Assembly: GCA_963800645.1 (NCBI GenBank)
Contig: CAWDBX010000003.1
Location: forward strand, 4,178 to 68,177
Source: an uncultured Bacteroidales bacterium
GTDB lineage: Bacteria > Bacteroidota > Bacteroidia > Bacteroidales > UBA10428
DNA: 64,000 bases
Direction of reading: 5' to 3'
Shown: positions 46,020-56,613 of the stretch, in pieces
How the letters are laid out: each line of letters begins with the position of its first letter
Position numbering within the stretch: position 1 is the stretch's first letter
Position numbers and translations under genes: made by a program
Notes under the pieces: model-generated
Database searches by the model: none
Told to the model about the DNA's origin: nothing
Seen by the model: the letters and a program-made list of their open reading frames with translations, nothing else

Positions 46020-46853
46020 ATGTTGGATTATACAGGACGTTATTATTCCGAAGGCACCACCTACCGTGAGACCAGGCTGGGGCCTCCGACAGGTTCACCT
46101 GCAGGCATTACGCTGTATGAGGTGATCAGGATTCAGCAGGGCATCTGCCTCTTTCTGGAGGACCATATTCAAAGACTCCGCGATTCCATCACGCTGTCGG
46201 GGCATACCTATGCCATAGCCCTCCCATGGCTTCGCAATATTCTTGCGGGACTGATCAGGAAAAACAGATTGCGCACCGGCAATATTAAGATTGCCGTGCA
46301 TTTCACGCCCGGCAACCCTCCCCGGCTTTTGACCTTTTTTATTCCGCATAGTTATCCTGCTGCTGCCCTGTACCGAAAAGGAGTCCATACCGCACTGTAT
46401 CCGGCAATCCGTTTGGATCCGAATGTGAAAAGACTGCGTCCTGAATTCCGAGAACAGGTGGCCGATTTTATCCACACCCGCAATTTATATGAGGTCTTGC
46501 TGGTGAATGAGGAAGGATTGATCACCGAAGGCAGCAAAACCAATGTTTTCTTTCTGCAGGGTGAAGTTATTTTCACTGCTCCCGGGGATCAGGTGCTGAA
46601 AGGGATCACCCGGAAGAAGGTATATGAATTATGTAAGCAGCTTAATTATAAGTTGATAGAAAAACCTATTTCAACTGATAAATTAAATAAAATGGAGGCT
46701 GCATTTCTCACCGGTACCTCGCCGAAAATACTTCCGATCCGGCAGATTGGGGATACCGTTTACCGGGTGGCGCACCCCATGACCCTCTCCCTCATCAGGG
46801 CCTATAACGATCTTATTGCGGCGTATATTCAACAGCAGATCCGCTCCTGGTGA
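46020..46853 (+). CDS. class IV aminotransferase family protein (aminodeoxychorismate lyase / branched-chain type)
   Basis: Intact: EGSKTNVFFLQGEVIFTAP...VLKGITRKKV...EAFLTGTSPKILPI. Confidence 0.8.
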   Translation: MLDYTGRYYSEGTTYRETRLGPPTGSPAGITLYEVIRIQQGICLFLEDHIQRLRDSITLSGHTYAIALPWLRNILAGLIRKNRLRTGNIKIAVHFTPGNPPRLLTFFIPHSYPAAALYRKGVHTALYPAIRLDPNVKRLRPEFREQVADFIHTRNLYEVLLVNEEGLITEGSKTNVFFLQGEVIFTAPGDQVLKGITRKKVYELCKQLNYKLIEKPISTDKLNKMEAAFLTGTSPKILPIRQIGDTVYRVAHPMTLSLIRAYNDLIAAYIQQQIRSW

Positions 46854-48558
46854 CCACGCTCCTCCCCATTCCTGCTTTGCTGTTGTTTGCCCCGTAAGAC
46901 TTCTGCAGAACGGAGGCATACATTTGGGGATTTTTCAGGATTTCGATGGCCTTGTTCAGTTCGGCATCGTCCTCGAGGGAGGCTACTATACGGCCTTTCT
47001 GATAATAATACCGGCTGGCAATTTCTTCGAATAACAGGCTTTTGATCTCGGGACTAAAAGTTTGCAGATCATGTTCCTTATCGTGTGCAAGTTTTTTCCT
47101 GAGTGCCTCAAATTCCCCCTCTGCTTCGGTATAGTATTTCTCCTGTTTGGCGACCTTGATCAGTTCTTCGAGCTGATCATCACTTTGCGTGGTGTAATCA
47201 TAGCTTTTCCCCTTGAGAAATTCAAGAAAACGGCCATAATCTTCCTCGGACAGCTTTAATGCTTTCACATCGGAAGCACTTTCATGCTGAATGGCATATT
47301 GGGTGGCATAATCGAAGATGAGATCTTTCCTGATAAGGCTCACCGTGATATTGCTGAACTGCATGGGATCAACAGCGATATCGGGAGCTATCCCGCCGCC
47401 GTCAAATACCTTTCGTCCGTTATGGGTGGTAAATTCCCGGATCAGCGAATCAGGAATGAAGCCCACGCTTCCGTCCTCGTTACGGTTTGCGTAGTCCACG
47501 GCCTGGATGCATCTTCCGCTGGGGATATAGTATTTGGCGGTAGTTACTTTCAGCTGGGAATTATAACTGAGCGGACGGGTGGTCTGCACCAGTCCCTTTC
47601 CATAGGTCCGTTGTCCGACAATTACCGCCCTGTCAAGGTCCTGAAGCGCGCCTGCCACAATTTCCGAAGCGGAGGCAGAGCCGCGGCTCACCAGAACAAC
47701 CACATGAATGGAGGTATCGATCGGCTCGAACGTTGTTTTGTAAATATTGTCCCATTGCTTCACTTTACCCCTGGTACTCACAATTTCCTGGTTCCTGGCA
47801 ACAAAGAGGTTAGAAACATTGACCGACTCAATGAGCAGTCCTCCGGGATTGCCCCGCAGATCGAGTATGATCGAACTGGCTCCGTTTTCCTTAAGTTTTA
47901 ACAGCGCATCCCTGGTTTCGATACCGGCATCCTTGGTAAAATTCGTCAGTTTGATATATCCGATATGCTCCGCCACCAATCCGTAATAGGGAACATTGGG
48001 GATGGTAATTTTCTGGCGCGTCAGTGTTTTCTCGAGTTCACCTTTCAGGCCAATCCTTTTAATCTTCACTACCAGGGAGGTATTGGGAGTACCTTTCAGC
48101 AATTCGCTGACCTCGCTGATTTCCTTCCCTTTGGTGGGTACGCCGTTGATGGTGACCAGCGTGTCCCCTGCCCGAAGTCCTGCCAGATGCGCGGGAAAAT
48201 TTTCGTATGGCTCCGCCACCATGGCGTAATTGCCTCCTCTGCGAATGAGGGCCCCGATCCCGCCATATTCCCCGGTGGTCATAAAGGTGAAATCTGCCAT
48301 ATCCTCTTCCGGTATATAAGTGGTATAGGGATCGAGGGACGTCAGCATCCCCTCGATGGCCGTTTCAATCAGTTCATCCGGTTTGGTTTCATCCACATAG
48401 AACCGGTTGAGTTCATTAAAGAGGGAATAAAAAATATCCAGGTTTTTAATGATTTCAAATTCTTTGTCCTTCAACGCTACAAATCCAAATGACACGCCAA
48501 CGACCATGGTCAGAATCAGTATGATCCTGACTTTCTTAAACTTAATCCAAGTCTTCAT
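46813..48558 (-). CDS. ctp: S41 family C-terminal processing peptidase
   Basis: Intact 581 aa: PDZ segment (GGIGALIRRGG..GLRAGD), IILDLRGNPGGLL, VVVLVSRGSASASEIVAGALQD and TYGKGLVQ. Confidence 0.9.
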   Translation of the reverse strand: MKTWIKFKKVRIILILTMVVGVSFGFVALKDKEFEIIKNLDIFYSLFNELNRFYVDETKPDELIETAIEGMLTSLDPYTTYIPEEDMADFTFMTTGEYGGIGALIRRGGNYAMVAEPYENFPAHLAGLRAGDTLVTINGVPTKGKEISEVSELLKGTPNTSLVVKIKRIGLKGELEKTLTRQKITIPNVPYYGLVAEHIGYIKLTNFTKDAGIETRDALLKLKENGASSIILDLRGNPGGLLIESVNVSNLFVARNQEIVSTRGKVKQWDNIYKTTFEPIDTSIHVVVLVSRGSASASEIVAGALQDLDRAVIVGQRTYGKGLVQTTRPLSYNSQLKVTTAKYYIPSGRCIQAVDYANRNEDGSVGFIPDSLIREFTTHNGRKVFDGGGIAPDIAVDPMQFSNITVSLIRKDLIFDYATQYAIQHESASDVKALKLSEEDYGRFLEFLKGKSYDYTTQSDDQLEELIKVAKQEKYYTEAEGEFEALRKKLAHDKEHDLQTFSPEIKSLLFEEIASRYYYQKGRIVASLEDDAELNKAIEILKNPQMYASVLQKSYGANNSKAGMGRSVVTRSGSAVEYTPQ

Positions 48559-48742
48559 GATAATCGATTATTAATAAATTGTCTGATATCCGTGTTGATC
48601 TCCGATAAAGGCTTTTCAGCCAGCGTTTGTTCAACCTGTCTGTTCATGGTTTGTCCGCCGGATGAAGAGCTTTTCGATGTGCAAAATTAATCCAAATCCA
48701 TCATATTACCGGAGAATGAACGGCAAAATCCGTTAAAAAAGG

Positions 48743-48952
48743 TTAATACAGTTCCTCTTCTGCTTCATCACGCGTATACCGCATGGCCTTTTTGCTGATT
48801 TTTTCAACTTCGAACGCAGTTTTCCAGGTGAGTTTGTTATCGTACAGGGCAATCAATTCATTTTTGCAGGCTGCACAAATAATATCCGTGGCGGAATTCC
48901 TATTACAACGTTTGCATAACTTCCCTAACTTTTGTGAGAGCAACGGCTTCAT
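48743..48952 (-). CDS. small Cys-pair protein (possible zinc ribbon), hypothetical
   Basis: 69-aa ORF with CKRCN...CAACKN. Confidence 0.3.
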   Translation of the reverse strand: MKPLLSQKLGKLCKRCNRNSATDIICAACKNELIALYDNKLTWKTAFEVEKISKKAMRYTRDEAEEELY

Positions 48953-49051
48953 GAAATATCGATTTGCCTTTGTTGTACGAAACTTCGAGGCCTGTTGTTA
49001 CAGGCATCAGGGCAAATTTCGACATGACGTGCCGGTTTGTTGGGGATACCG

Positions 49052-49807
49052 CTATTTCTTGCAGTTCTTGTTCTGTTCCCGGATGAACATGTCCAGTGCC
49101 ATGATCATCGAAGGCGCTTCGGGACGGGGAGCCTGCAGATCCAGTCGAAGGCCCGCATCAGTGACCGCCTTGGCCGTGGCCGTACCAAAAGATCCTATTT
49201 TAATATCATTTTGCTGGAACTCGGGAAAGTTGGCGATCAGCGATCGGATTCCGGAGGGACTGAAAAAAACCAGGAGATCGTAATTGATCACGGAAAAGTC
49301 AGACAGATCGCAACTTACATTGTGATACAGGATAGCCCTTTCATACCGGATGCCATGCTTGTCGAGCAATTCTGTAAGTTCCTCATGCGGAAGATCGGAA
49401 AAAGGCAGCAGAAATTTTTCCTCCCCATGCCGGTGAACAATCTCCACAAGGTCATTGATGGTGCCGGCACCGAAAAAGATCTTGCGCTTGCGGTAAATGA
49501 TATATTTCTGGAGGTAAAAAGCCACCGATTCGGAAATACAGAAATATTTCATGACATCGGGAACAATGATCCTGAGCTCCCCGCAAATGCGAAAAAAATG
49601 ATCAATGGCCGTCTTGCTGTTGAATATTACAGCCGAATAGGTGAGAATATCAATTCTTTGTTTTCTGAAGTCCTTGCAGGGAACACCCTCAACATGACTG
49701 AAAGGCCTGAAATCGATTTTAACATTGTTTTTTTCCGCTAATTCGAAATACGGGGATTTTTCAGAATCCGGCCTGGGCTGAGAAACGAGAATTCTCTTGA
49801 TCTTCAT
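49052..49807 (-). CDS. hemD: uroporphyrinogen-III synthase
   Basis: Intact: ILVSQPRPDSEKSPYFELAEKNNVKIDFRPF...FFSPSGIRSL, with the typical Bacteroidota HemD layout. Confidence 0.8.
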   Translation of the reverse strand: MKIKRILVSQPRPDSEKSPYFELAEKNNVKIDFRPFSHVEGVPCKDFRKQRIDILTYSAVIFNSKTAIDHFFRICGELRIIVPDVMKYFCISESVAFYLQKYIIYRKRKIFFGAGTINDLVEIVHRHGEEKFLLPFSDLPHEELTELLDKHGIRYERAILYHNVSCDLSDFSVINYDLLVFFSPSGIRSLIANFPEFQQNDIKIGSFGTATAKAVTDAGLRLDLQAPRPEAPSMIMALDMFIREQNKNCKK

Positions 49808-49834
49808 AAAGGCGTCTCTTCTTTGTTAATAACT

Positions 49835-50875
49835 CTATATCAATGATGTAACCACTTTGTACCCAAGAAGAAGGGGTAAAATTTCAAGGGTACAAAGGTA
49901 CAAAATCAAATAGAATATTAAAACATCTTTGCGTATAATTATTTGATATGCCCTGATTCCTTTAAAAATAAAGGCGGTCACATAGATCACCATCCCGGTC
50001 ACCAGCACTACCGGAACCAAATTCTGCGGCAGGTAATGGGCCATGATCACGATCGGAAACAAGACAATACCCATTCCTTTGTTGATCACAAAAGTATTGT
50101 GTATGTATTCCGAGAATAGGGACTGCACCATAAACAGATGTCCGGTTACCCGCAGGAAAAAATTCCGTGCCAGCGTATAGAGGATGATGATGTTGAAAAA
50201 CAGCAGAAAGAGGTTAAAACGGCTCATCCCTGGTCCGGTGATCTCAAAGTGTAAAACAAGTTCATAAATAAAAATCGCCATCACCAGGAGGTAGATAAAA
50301 TCAAGAACAATCGACACACGCTGTACCAGAACATTCCTTTCTCTGAATAGTTTGGCGGAGATCTGAAAACTGATCAGTGCGCTGGCCAGGGTGGAGAAAA
50401 ACTTGCTGTAAAAAATCCTTATCCAGATGAACAGAAGGGTCAGCAAAAGAAAAATACCCAGAAACCAATCGTGTGTGCTGAGAAACCGCTGCTGGGGATT
50501 AATACTGGCCGGTTTAAGCGTGGTGCTGAAAAGCGGCGAACTCTCGTTTGCCTGCGCCAGTTGACTGTTCGAAACTACTCCGGTTAACCCGTTATCGGTC
50601 AGAAAGTTTCTGCCCGAATTCCATCCGGTGTAGTTTTCCTTCCTGGAGTCATCTGAAAGCAGTGGCGTCCCGGTTACAAACCTGGGGATCACCGGAATAG
50701 AGGCTGCATGTTGCCGGATGATATCTATCGAAAAATCGGGTACAAATCCCACGGAGGGTTCATCAGGACCGGGAGCTTCGGTTTGTTGCTGAATGTCCCC
50801 GGAACCAGCTGTATCAATCTGCTGGGATCCGATGACGGAATCCGGGACCTGGGGATGGTAGAACGCAGCAACCAT
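49835..50875 (-). CDS. DUF4271-like multi-pass membrane protein
   Basis: Intact 346 aa. Six or more C-terminal TM helices. It sits directly upstream of hemD, as is usual for DUF4271 in Bacteroidota. Confidence 0.55.
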   Translation of the reverse strand: MVAAFYHPQVPDSVIGSQQIDTAGSGDIQQQTEAPGPDEPSVGFVPDFSIDIIRQHAASIPVIPRFVTGTPLLSDDSRKENYTGWNSGRNFLTDNGLTGVVSNSQLAQANESSPLFSTTLKPASINPQQRFLSTHDWFLGIFLLLTLLFIWIRIFYSKFFSTLASALISFQISAKLFRERNVLVQRVSIVLDFIYLLVMAIFIYELVLHFEITGPGMSRFNLFLLFFNIIILYTLARNFFLRVTGHLFMVQSLFSEYIHNTFVINKGMGIVLFPIVIMAHYLPQNLVPVVLVTGMVIYVTAFIFKGIRAYQIIIRKDVLIFYLILYLCTLEILPLLLGYKVVTSLI

Positions 50876-50950
50876 GTTTCAAGTGTCTGAAAACGGGTAC
50901 AAAGATATGAAATCAAAAGAGGATAGAAAGTATAACCCGACAATATTTCG

Positions 50951-51280
50951 CTATCCGATCTTCGGATTGTCCAAATGACGATTGAAATCCCGATTGGTCT
51001 TCTTGGCCAGATTTGCCTCCAGTGCTTTCTCCAGATCAATACCGGTTTGATTGGCGAGACAGATCAATACGAACAGTACATCGGCCATTTCATCCGCCAG
51101 GCTCTCCTTTTTATCCGTGGGCTTGGAAGATTGTTCGCCGTATTCACGGGCCATGATGCGGGCCAGTTCACCGGTTTCTTCCATCAGCAGGGCTAAATTG
51201 GTCAGTTCCCCGAAATACCGGACGCCATAAAGCCTGATCCACTGATCCACTTTCTGTTGTGCTTCCTGTAGTGTCATCAT
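50951..51280 (-). CDS. MazG-type nucleotide pyrophosphohydrolase
   Basis: Intact: LALLMEETGELARIM...LADEMADVLFVLICLAN (EExxE / ExxD helices). Confidence 0.85.
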   Translation of the reverse strand: MMTLQEAQQKVDQWIRLYGVRYFGELTNLALLMEETGELARIMAREYGEQSSKPTDKKESLADEMADVLFVLICLANQTGIDLEKALEANLAKKTNRDFNRHLDNPKIG

Positions 51281-51729
51281 TCCTTGTCTTTTGAATCGAT
51301 AAAAATGGTAACCGGACCATCATTTACAAGACGTACCTGCATGTCAGCCCCGAATTCCCCCGATCTTACCGGAACACCGGAATCGCTGGCCAGTTTTTCC
51401 AGAAACGCCTGGTATAAAGGTATGGCTGTTTCAGGTCTGGATGCCCGGATAAAGGAGGGTCGGTTCCCTTTTTTCGTGCTGGCAAACAGGGTGAACTGGC
51501 TCACCACCAGTATTTCCCCCTGTACGTCCTGCACCGATAAATTCATCAGTCCGTTCTCATCACCAAAAATTCGTAACCGCGCGATTTTGCCCGAAAGCCA
51601 GGCAATATCCTCCCCGCTGTCCGAGTCTTCAATACCCAGCAGTACCAGCAAACCCTGGCCTACCGATGACTTTTGAACGGCATGGATGATGACCGAAGCT
51701 TCCCTGACACGCTGAATGACTGCCCGCAT
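51277..51729 (-). CDS. dtd: D-aminoacyl-tRNA deacylase
   Basis: Intact: MRAVIQRV...GLLVLLGI...VVSQFTLFA...KGNRPSF...NDGPVTI. Confidence 0.92.
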   Translation of the reverse strand: MRAVIQRVREASVIIHAVQKSSVGQGLLVLLGIEDSDSGEDIAWLSGKIARLRIFGDENGLMNLSVQDVQGEILVVSQFTLFASTKKGNRPSFIRASRPETAIPLYQAFLEKLASDSGVPVRSGEFGADMQVRLVNDGPVTIFIDSKDKE

Positions 51730-52215
51730 GGTTGGTGTTTCCTGTTGGTTGCTTGAAGGGTTAAAAATAGTAATTATCCCTGACTAATGCTGCACCGGGA
51801 TCAGAACCTCGTAAAGATCCATTTACCGATAAAATTCAACCATTTACCGAATATTTTAAATTTTTTTACTACTATGTCTTGCATAATACTATTTTTTTTA
51901 TATATCTTTGTATAGGATTTATGCTTTTATAACCTAGTAATGAATTTTAATAATATCCAGATGAAAACCATTTTGCTGACCGTGGCAGCGGTCTTGCTCA
52001 CCGGACTGATTTTCCTTGCCCCGGTAAAGGATCTCAAAGGAAAATCGCATCCTGCCGGGCGCATGACCGAAGGAGATGCCTCCGTGGAGGGTCCCGGTTC
52101 TCCGGCAATACTCCCGGGTGTTCAGGACCAAACCGTATCCCTGAAGGGAACACAACCGGATAACAAGCTTTTAAACAAGAACATTATAGTTTGCATACTT
52201 TAATTTTTTACCGCC

Positions 52216-52812
52216 ATGAAAAAAACCTTTTCCGTAAACCTTGGCAACAGAGTTTACAGCATCGATGACGATGCATACAACAAATTGAAGGAATATCTTG
52301 ACCGCATTGAAAGCTATTTTTCCGATCAGAAAGAACGGGAGGATATCATCAACGATATCGAGACACGGATATCGGAGCTGTTTGCTGAGCGGTTAAGTGT
52401 TTCCAAGCAGGTAATTACGCTGAATGATGTGACTGACGTCATAAAAATCATGGGCGATCCCCAGGAAATCAGTGGTGCCGGGGAAAAACCAACTGCTGAA
52501 CCCGAAAGAAGCACCGGACCACGCAGAATCTACCGTGACCCCGATGACAGGATGATCGGCGGCGTTTGCAGCGGCCTGGGTGCCTACCTGGGCATCGATC
52601 CGCTGATCATGCGTATTCTGTTTATTTTGTTCTTTGATATTCGGAATCGGACTGCTGGTCTACATCATCTTATGGATCGTGGTCCCGGAAGCCAGAACCA
52701 CAGCTCAAAAACTTGAAATGCGAGGCGATCCGGTAAATGCCTCCAATATCGGAATTTCGTAAAGGACGAATTTGAAAATGTAAAAAAGAACTTCCTCAGG
52801 AACAAGAAATAA
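52216..52812 (+). CDS. PspC domain protein (frame breaks near the 3' end)
   Basis: RRIYRDPDDRMIGGVCSGLGAYLGIDPLIMRILFILF, then LLVYIILWIVVPEARTTAQKLEM in a shifted frame. Confidence 0.75.
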
Positions 52813-52836
52813 TGAAAAGTAATAACGAAAAAACCA

Positions 52837-53142
52837 ATGATCATGGACCTCGAAAATGTGAAAGCGCAAATGCGAAAAGGAGTATTGGAGTTCTGCATAC
52901 TGTCTATACTCTCAAAAGGTGATGCTTATGCAACCGATCTGCTGAACAAGCTGAAAGAATCGGAACTGATCGTGGTGGAAGGGACCTTATATCCTCTGCT
53001 GACACGGCAAAAAAATGCCGGATTTTTAAGCTACCGATGGGAAGAATCCACCCAGGGCCCGCCAAGGAAATACTATGCCCTTACCGACAAGGGAAGAGAA
53101 GTGCTGAAAGAATTGCAGGCCTCGTGGAAAGAGACTTATTGA
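52837..53142 (+). CDS. PadR family transcriptional regulator
   Basis: Intact: KGVLEFCILSILSKGDAYATDLLNKL...VEGTLYPLLTRQKNAGFLSYRWEES...PRKYYALTDKG. Confidence 0.9.
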   Translation: MIMDLENVKAQMRKGVLEFCILSILSKGDAYATDLLNKLKESELIVVEGTLYPLLTRQKNAGFLSYRWEESTQGPPRKYYALTDKGREVLKELQASWKETY

Positions 53143-53194
53143 CTCTGTTGATTCGATTGTTGAACCAATAATCAAAATTCTAACAACATAAACC

Positions 53195-54732
53195 ATGAAA
53201 AAGACATTACAAATCAATATTGGCGGCCGTCATTTTCATATCGATGAAGATGGATACAGCAAACTTAACCATTATCTTGATTCCCTCAAATCTCATTTTT
53301 CCGCAGAAGGGTGAATCGGGAAAGGAGATCGTGGAGGATATTGAACAACGGATTGCCGAATTGCTGGAAAACAGGATCACACCGGTAAAACAAGCCATTT
53401 CACTTGGAGGATGTGCAGGAAATCATTGGCATTCTTGGGCAAGGTAGAGGATTTCGTGTATAACGGCACAGCTGGATGAAGAATCGAAGCAGGATCATGA
53501 CGGACCGCAGGGATAAGCGCCGGTTTTTCCGCGACAGCGAAAGGGGATACCTGGGAGGTGTTTCTGCCGGCCTGGGAGAGTATTTCAATATTGATCCCCT
53601 GTGGATCAGACTGGCCTTTATGGCCTTTATGTTTCTCAAAGGGCTTGGGTCTTCTTATTTATGTCATTCTCTGGATCGTTGTGCCCAAAGCACGCACCAC
53701 GGCTGAAAAGCTTCAGATGAAGGGCATGCCGGTAAACCTTTCGACCATCAAGGAATCGGTGAATGCCGAATACGATAAGGTCAGATCCAGTTTTGAAGGC
53801 ATCGACAAATCCTCCGCAGCAGAAAAGACCCGAAGTGCCTTGAAAATATCATGAGGGCCGATGGGTCTGGTTTATTGTCGCCATTTTCAAATTCCTTATC
53901 GCGGCCATCGGCATATTCGTTCCTGGTCATTGGTTCCATTTTTCTTGCGGTCCTGATCATGATATTGCTTGGATTTTCCAATGTTTTAGGCCATCTCCAG
54001 ATCTGGAACGGGATCAACCTGCCGGATTTCTCCCATCTGTTTGCTTCCTCGGGACACTATTATCTTTTGTTATTTCCTTTGTCATCTGGTATTGATCCCG
54101 ATCGTGGCATTATCTACGGCGGCATAAAGATCCTTTTCAATATCAAAACGAAACACCCATGCTCAGGGCTTTTGTGCTCACCGCATGGATCCTGGACCTG
54201 ATCTTAGTTTTAGCCTCATCATCATTAACAGTACAAATTATGCCGTGGGGGCAACGGGTACACAATCGGCCGCAATTCATCAAAACCAAAAAAGAACGCG
54301 TGAATTTATCTGGATGTGCGCGACAACACCGAAAATAAAAAAATAACCAGTGTACAGTGTATTTGACCTACGAATTCAATTACAGTGAACGGGATGAGTC
54401 CTTGTATTCCAAACCTGAACTGGTCATTGAACAATCAGAGGATGACAAAATGGACATGACCGTTGAAAGAGCGCGTAAAAAATGTGGCCATTGAAAAATT
54501 CCCAGCAATATTTCGATCGGATAGAATACCAATGGGAACAAGATGATTCTGTGATTTATCTAAACAAGTACTTTAGCACCGATGGTGAAGATTTCTGGAT
54601 GTTCCCGGAAGTAAACCTCAAATCAAGGTTCCCGAAGGCCAGGTGATCATGATCTCCGAGGAGGTCTGTGATATGCTTGAAACCACCGGCATTACGTTAC
54701 TGCAAGACAGTTTGCTCGGGAAAGAAATGTAA
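53195..54732 (+). CDS. second PspC domain protein, heavily frame-broken
   Basis: MKKTLQINIGGRHFHIDEDGYSKLNHYLDSLKSHF parallels the N terminus of 52216. RRFFRDSERGYLGGVSAGLGEYFNIDPLWIRLAFMAFMF is the PspC domain. IYVILWIVVPKARTTAEKLQM follows. Confidence 0.6.
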
Positions 54733-54844
54733 TGACAGCGCAGACGGACTGATGCTGCTTGAGAAACAAAAAACAACGCCAATCGGAAGCAAATAATTTG
54801 TAAAGACGGTTTTTTGTATAACTTTGCAACCTCTAAAATTGCGC

Positions 54845-54915
54845 TGTCCGATGGTGTAATGGTAGCACTGCAGATTTTGGTTCTGCCTGTCCAGGTTCGA
54901 ATCCTGGTCGGACAA
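54845..54915 (+). tRNA. tRNA-Gln (anticodon UUG)
   Basis: Hand-folded cloverleaf: acceptor tgtccga/tcggaca, D stem gtgt/gcac, anticodon stem gcaga/tctgc with loop ttTTGgt, and T arm ccagg-ttcgaat-cctgg. 71 nt, no encoded CCA. Confidence 0.9.
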
Positions 54916-54928
54916 CCCTCCCAATAAC

Positions 54929-54953
54929 AAACCCCGCTAATGAGCGGGGTTTG
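54929..54953 (+). terminator. stem-loop after the tRNA
   Basis: aaaccccgct-aatg-agcggggttt (10-bp stem), then tgtcattatt. Confidence 0.55.
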
Positions 54954-55081
54954 TCATTATTTATTCCTTCGACATTCGTTTTTGTTGCGCATCCATGGCA
55001 GTCGCATGGCCAATTTCACGGTATTTTTAATTACCGGTAACAGAAACAAAGCTTGGTAGATATAATAAAGTCAATAAAAAT

Positions 55082-55116
55082 CCGCCACCAGAAATGGCTT
55101 ATACACGTTGGCGGCA
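55082..55116 (-). other. degenerate attC-like remnant at the tRNA-proximal end of the array
   Basis: The plus strand ccgccaccagaaatggcttATACACGTTggcggc shares the ATACAC-GTT arm with the sites at 55578-55703 and 58098-58120. Only a short ccgcca/tggcgg stem remains. Confidence 0.3.
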
Positions 55117-55154
55117 GTATTATTAGTAATTTATCTTTTTACTTATTAGATGCT

Positions 55155-55558
55155 TTAAAGATTGATTGAAACAAAAAGAAAAATTAGAATTATACCTATT
55201 AGAAATGATGTGACTTGAATGATTTCAGCAAATATTCTATATCTGTTTATCTTTTTAGGGAATAAACCTTCGTCCTTTTCCTTTCTGTAGGAGATGTAAA
55301 ATCTATCCCATGATTTCATATGGAAAATACCCCCAATCAAAGAAACTATAAGATTTGCCACCAACTTAAGATTATAATTATTTTATATTCCGAGTTCTCA
55401 ATGTCTTTAACCAGATCACTCATAAAAGCGATTGATACCACAAAAATCCCCGCACTCAATGACATTAAATGCTTTATATATTCAATTCTATAGCTATTAG
55501 CTAATCCAACATCATAGTGAATGTCTTCAAGTGTTCTTTTTTCTGTTATTTTATCCAT
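55155..55558 (-). CDS. hypothetical membrane protein (two fragments, one frame break)
   Basis: ORFs 55346..55558 and 55155..55364 overlap end to start and both contain TM helices. Confidence 0.4.
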
Positions 55559-55577
55559 ATATTTATTTTAATATTGG

Positions 55578-55703
55578 CGTTAACGTCCGCGTGTATGAGC
55601 CGTTGCGTGATCAGGGCGCTATATTATCGAGGTAGCACAAGGTAATTAAAATAGCTGACTTGGCAAACCCACGACCAGCAATGGCTTATACACGCTGTTA
55701 GGC
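55578..55703 (-). other. attC-like imperfect palindrome (126 bp)
   Basis: The plus-strand arms cgttAAC-gtcc-GCGTGTATGAGCC and GGCTTATACACGC-t-GTTaggc are complementary, apart from a 3-nt bulge and one mismatch. In gene orientation it reads GCCTAAC...GTTAACG, which fits RYYYAAC at the 5' core. Confidence 0.55.
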
Positions 55704-55731
55704 AACGTAATTTACTAATAATATTTCTCAA

Positions 55732-56313
55732 TTATATTTTTGTAATAACCAAGAAGCCTTCAGCCATGCCATCTCTAAATACTACGCCCTTATTTTTGTT
55801 AACGTCTTTAGGGTCTCTAAATGAAATTGCACACAAATAAGAATCATCCTTAAATCGACAAAATATTCCATCAATTTTTGTAATTGGTTCTCCCTTTGGA
55901 ACGATTACTAACGTAGATCCTCGTAAAATCTTAGATAGATATTTTTTGCAGTTCTCAATAGAAATGGGAGGACAGATATCTTCACAAGTAATTCGTGTAA
56001 ATAATGAACCATATCGAAAACCTCTTGCCAAATCTGATTCACCATATATTTCAGGATTTTCATTAAAAGCAGTAGCAATTATCTCAGCATCAGCATCGGA
56101 ATAAATTAATCGAGCTACTTGATAATTCTCATTTGCTGATTTAGTGAAGTAATACTCTGCCTCGGAGTTTTTTAATAAAAAACGGAGTTTTTTCAATAAT
56201 TCATAAGCCATCCCGGTTTTTTTAGGCTTTGAAGAATAATGAATGAAAAGCGCAACAATTGATCCAATTATTACGCCCCCTATTCCACCGAATATGACAT
56301 TTAGCCAATCCAT
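55732..56313 (-). CDS. hypothetical protein with an N-terminal TM helix
   Basis: Intact 193-aa ORF (MDWLNVIFGGIGGVIIGSIVALFI...). No motif recognised. Confidence 0.55.
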   Translation of the reverse strand: MDWLNVIFGGIGGVIIGSIVALFIHYSSKPKKTGMAYELLKKLRFLLKNSEAEYYFTKSANENYQVARLIYSDADAEIIATAFNENPEIYGESDLARGFRYGSLFTRITCEDICPPISIENCKKYLSKILRGSTLVIVPKGEPITKIDGIFCRFKDDSYLCAISFRDPKDVNKNKGVVFRDGMAEGFLVITKI

Positions 56314-56375
56314 TTAATTATGATTTTATTTGATTCAAGTTAACTAAAATTTTATCATAGTTTCAATATTATGTT

Positions 56376-56613
56376 GCCTAACACGCTCACAGAAGCGGGT
56401 CTTCCGCTTCTATGCATCTAAACTTGGGGGCATAAAAGCAGTTATTCTGGTTTTTACTGACTGTTATATTTCTCACTGGGCAAAGCTGGACTCGTACTCG
56501 AAAAATAGTCTAATTCTCAAACAATTCCAAATATTTGAAGTGTCTGGGTTTTCTAATCGTCTTTTAGTATTCAGCAAGGCAGTGCGACCTAAGCAACTTG
56601 AAGCAAAAGGCAG
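56376..56613 (-). repeat. conserved non-coding element R, copy A
   Basis: Aligns almost base for base with 57860-58097 and 60367-60574, and in part with 62311-62435. In gene orientation it ends ..gagcgtGTTAGGC, 63 nt before the ATG at 56313. Confidence 0.85.

Noticed and set aside
47284-48492. Plus-strand ORFs 47284..47901 and 47965..48492. The same reasoning covers 49037..49741 opposite hemD, 31075..31656 opposite the GT39-like gene and 40339..40860 opposite AsmA.
   Set aside because: Each is antisense to an intact or motif-bearing gene. None has recognisable domains.
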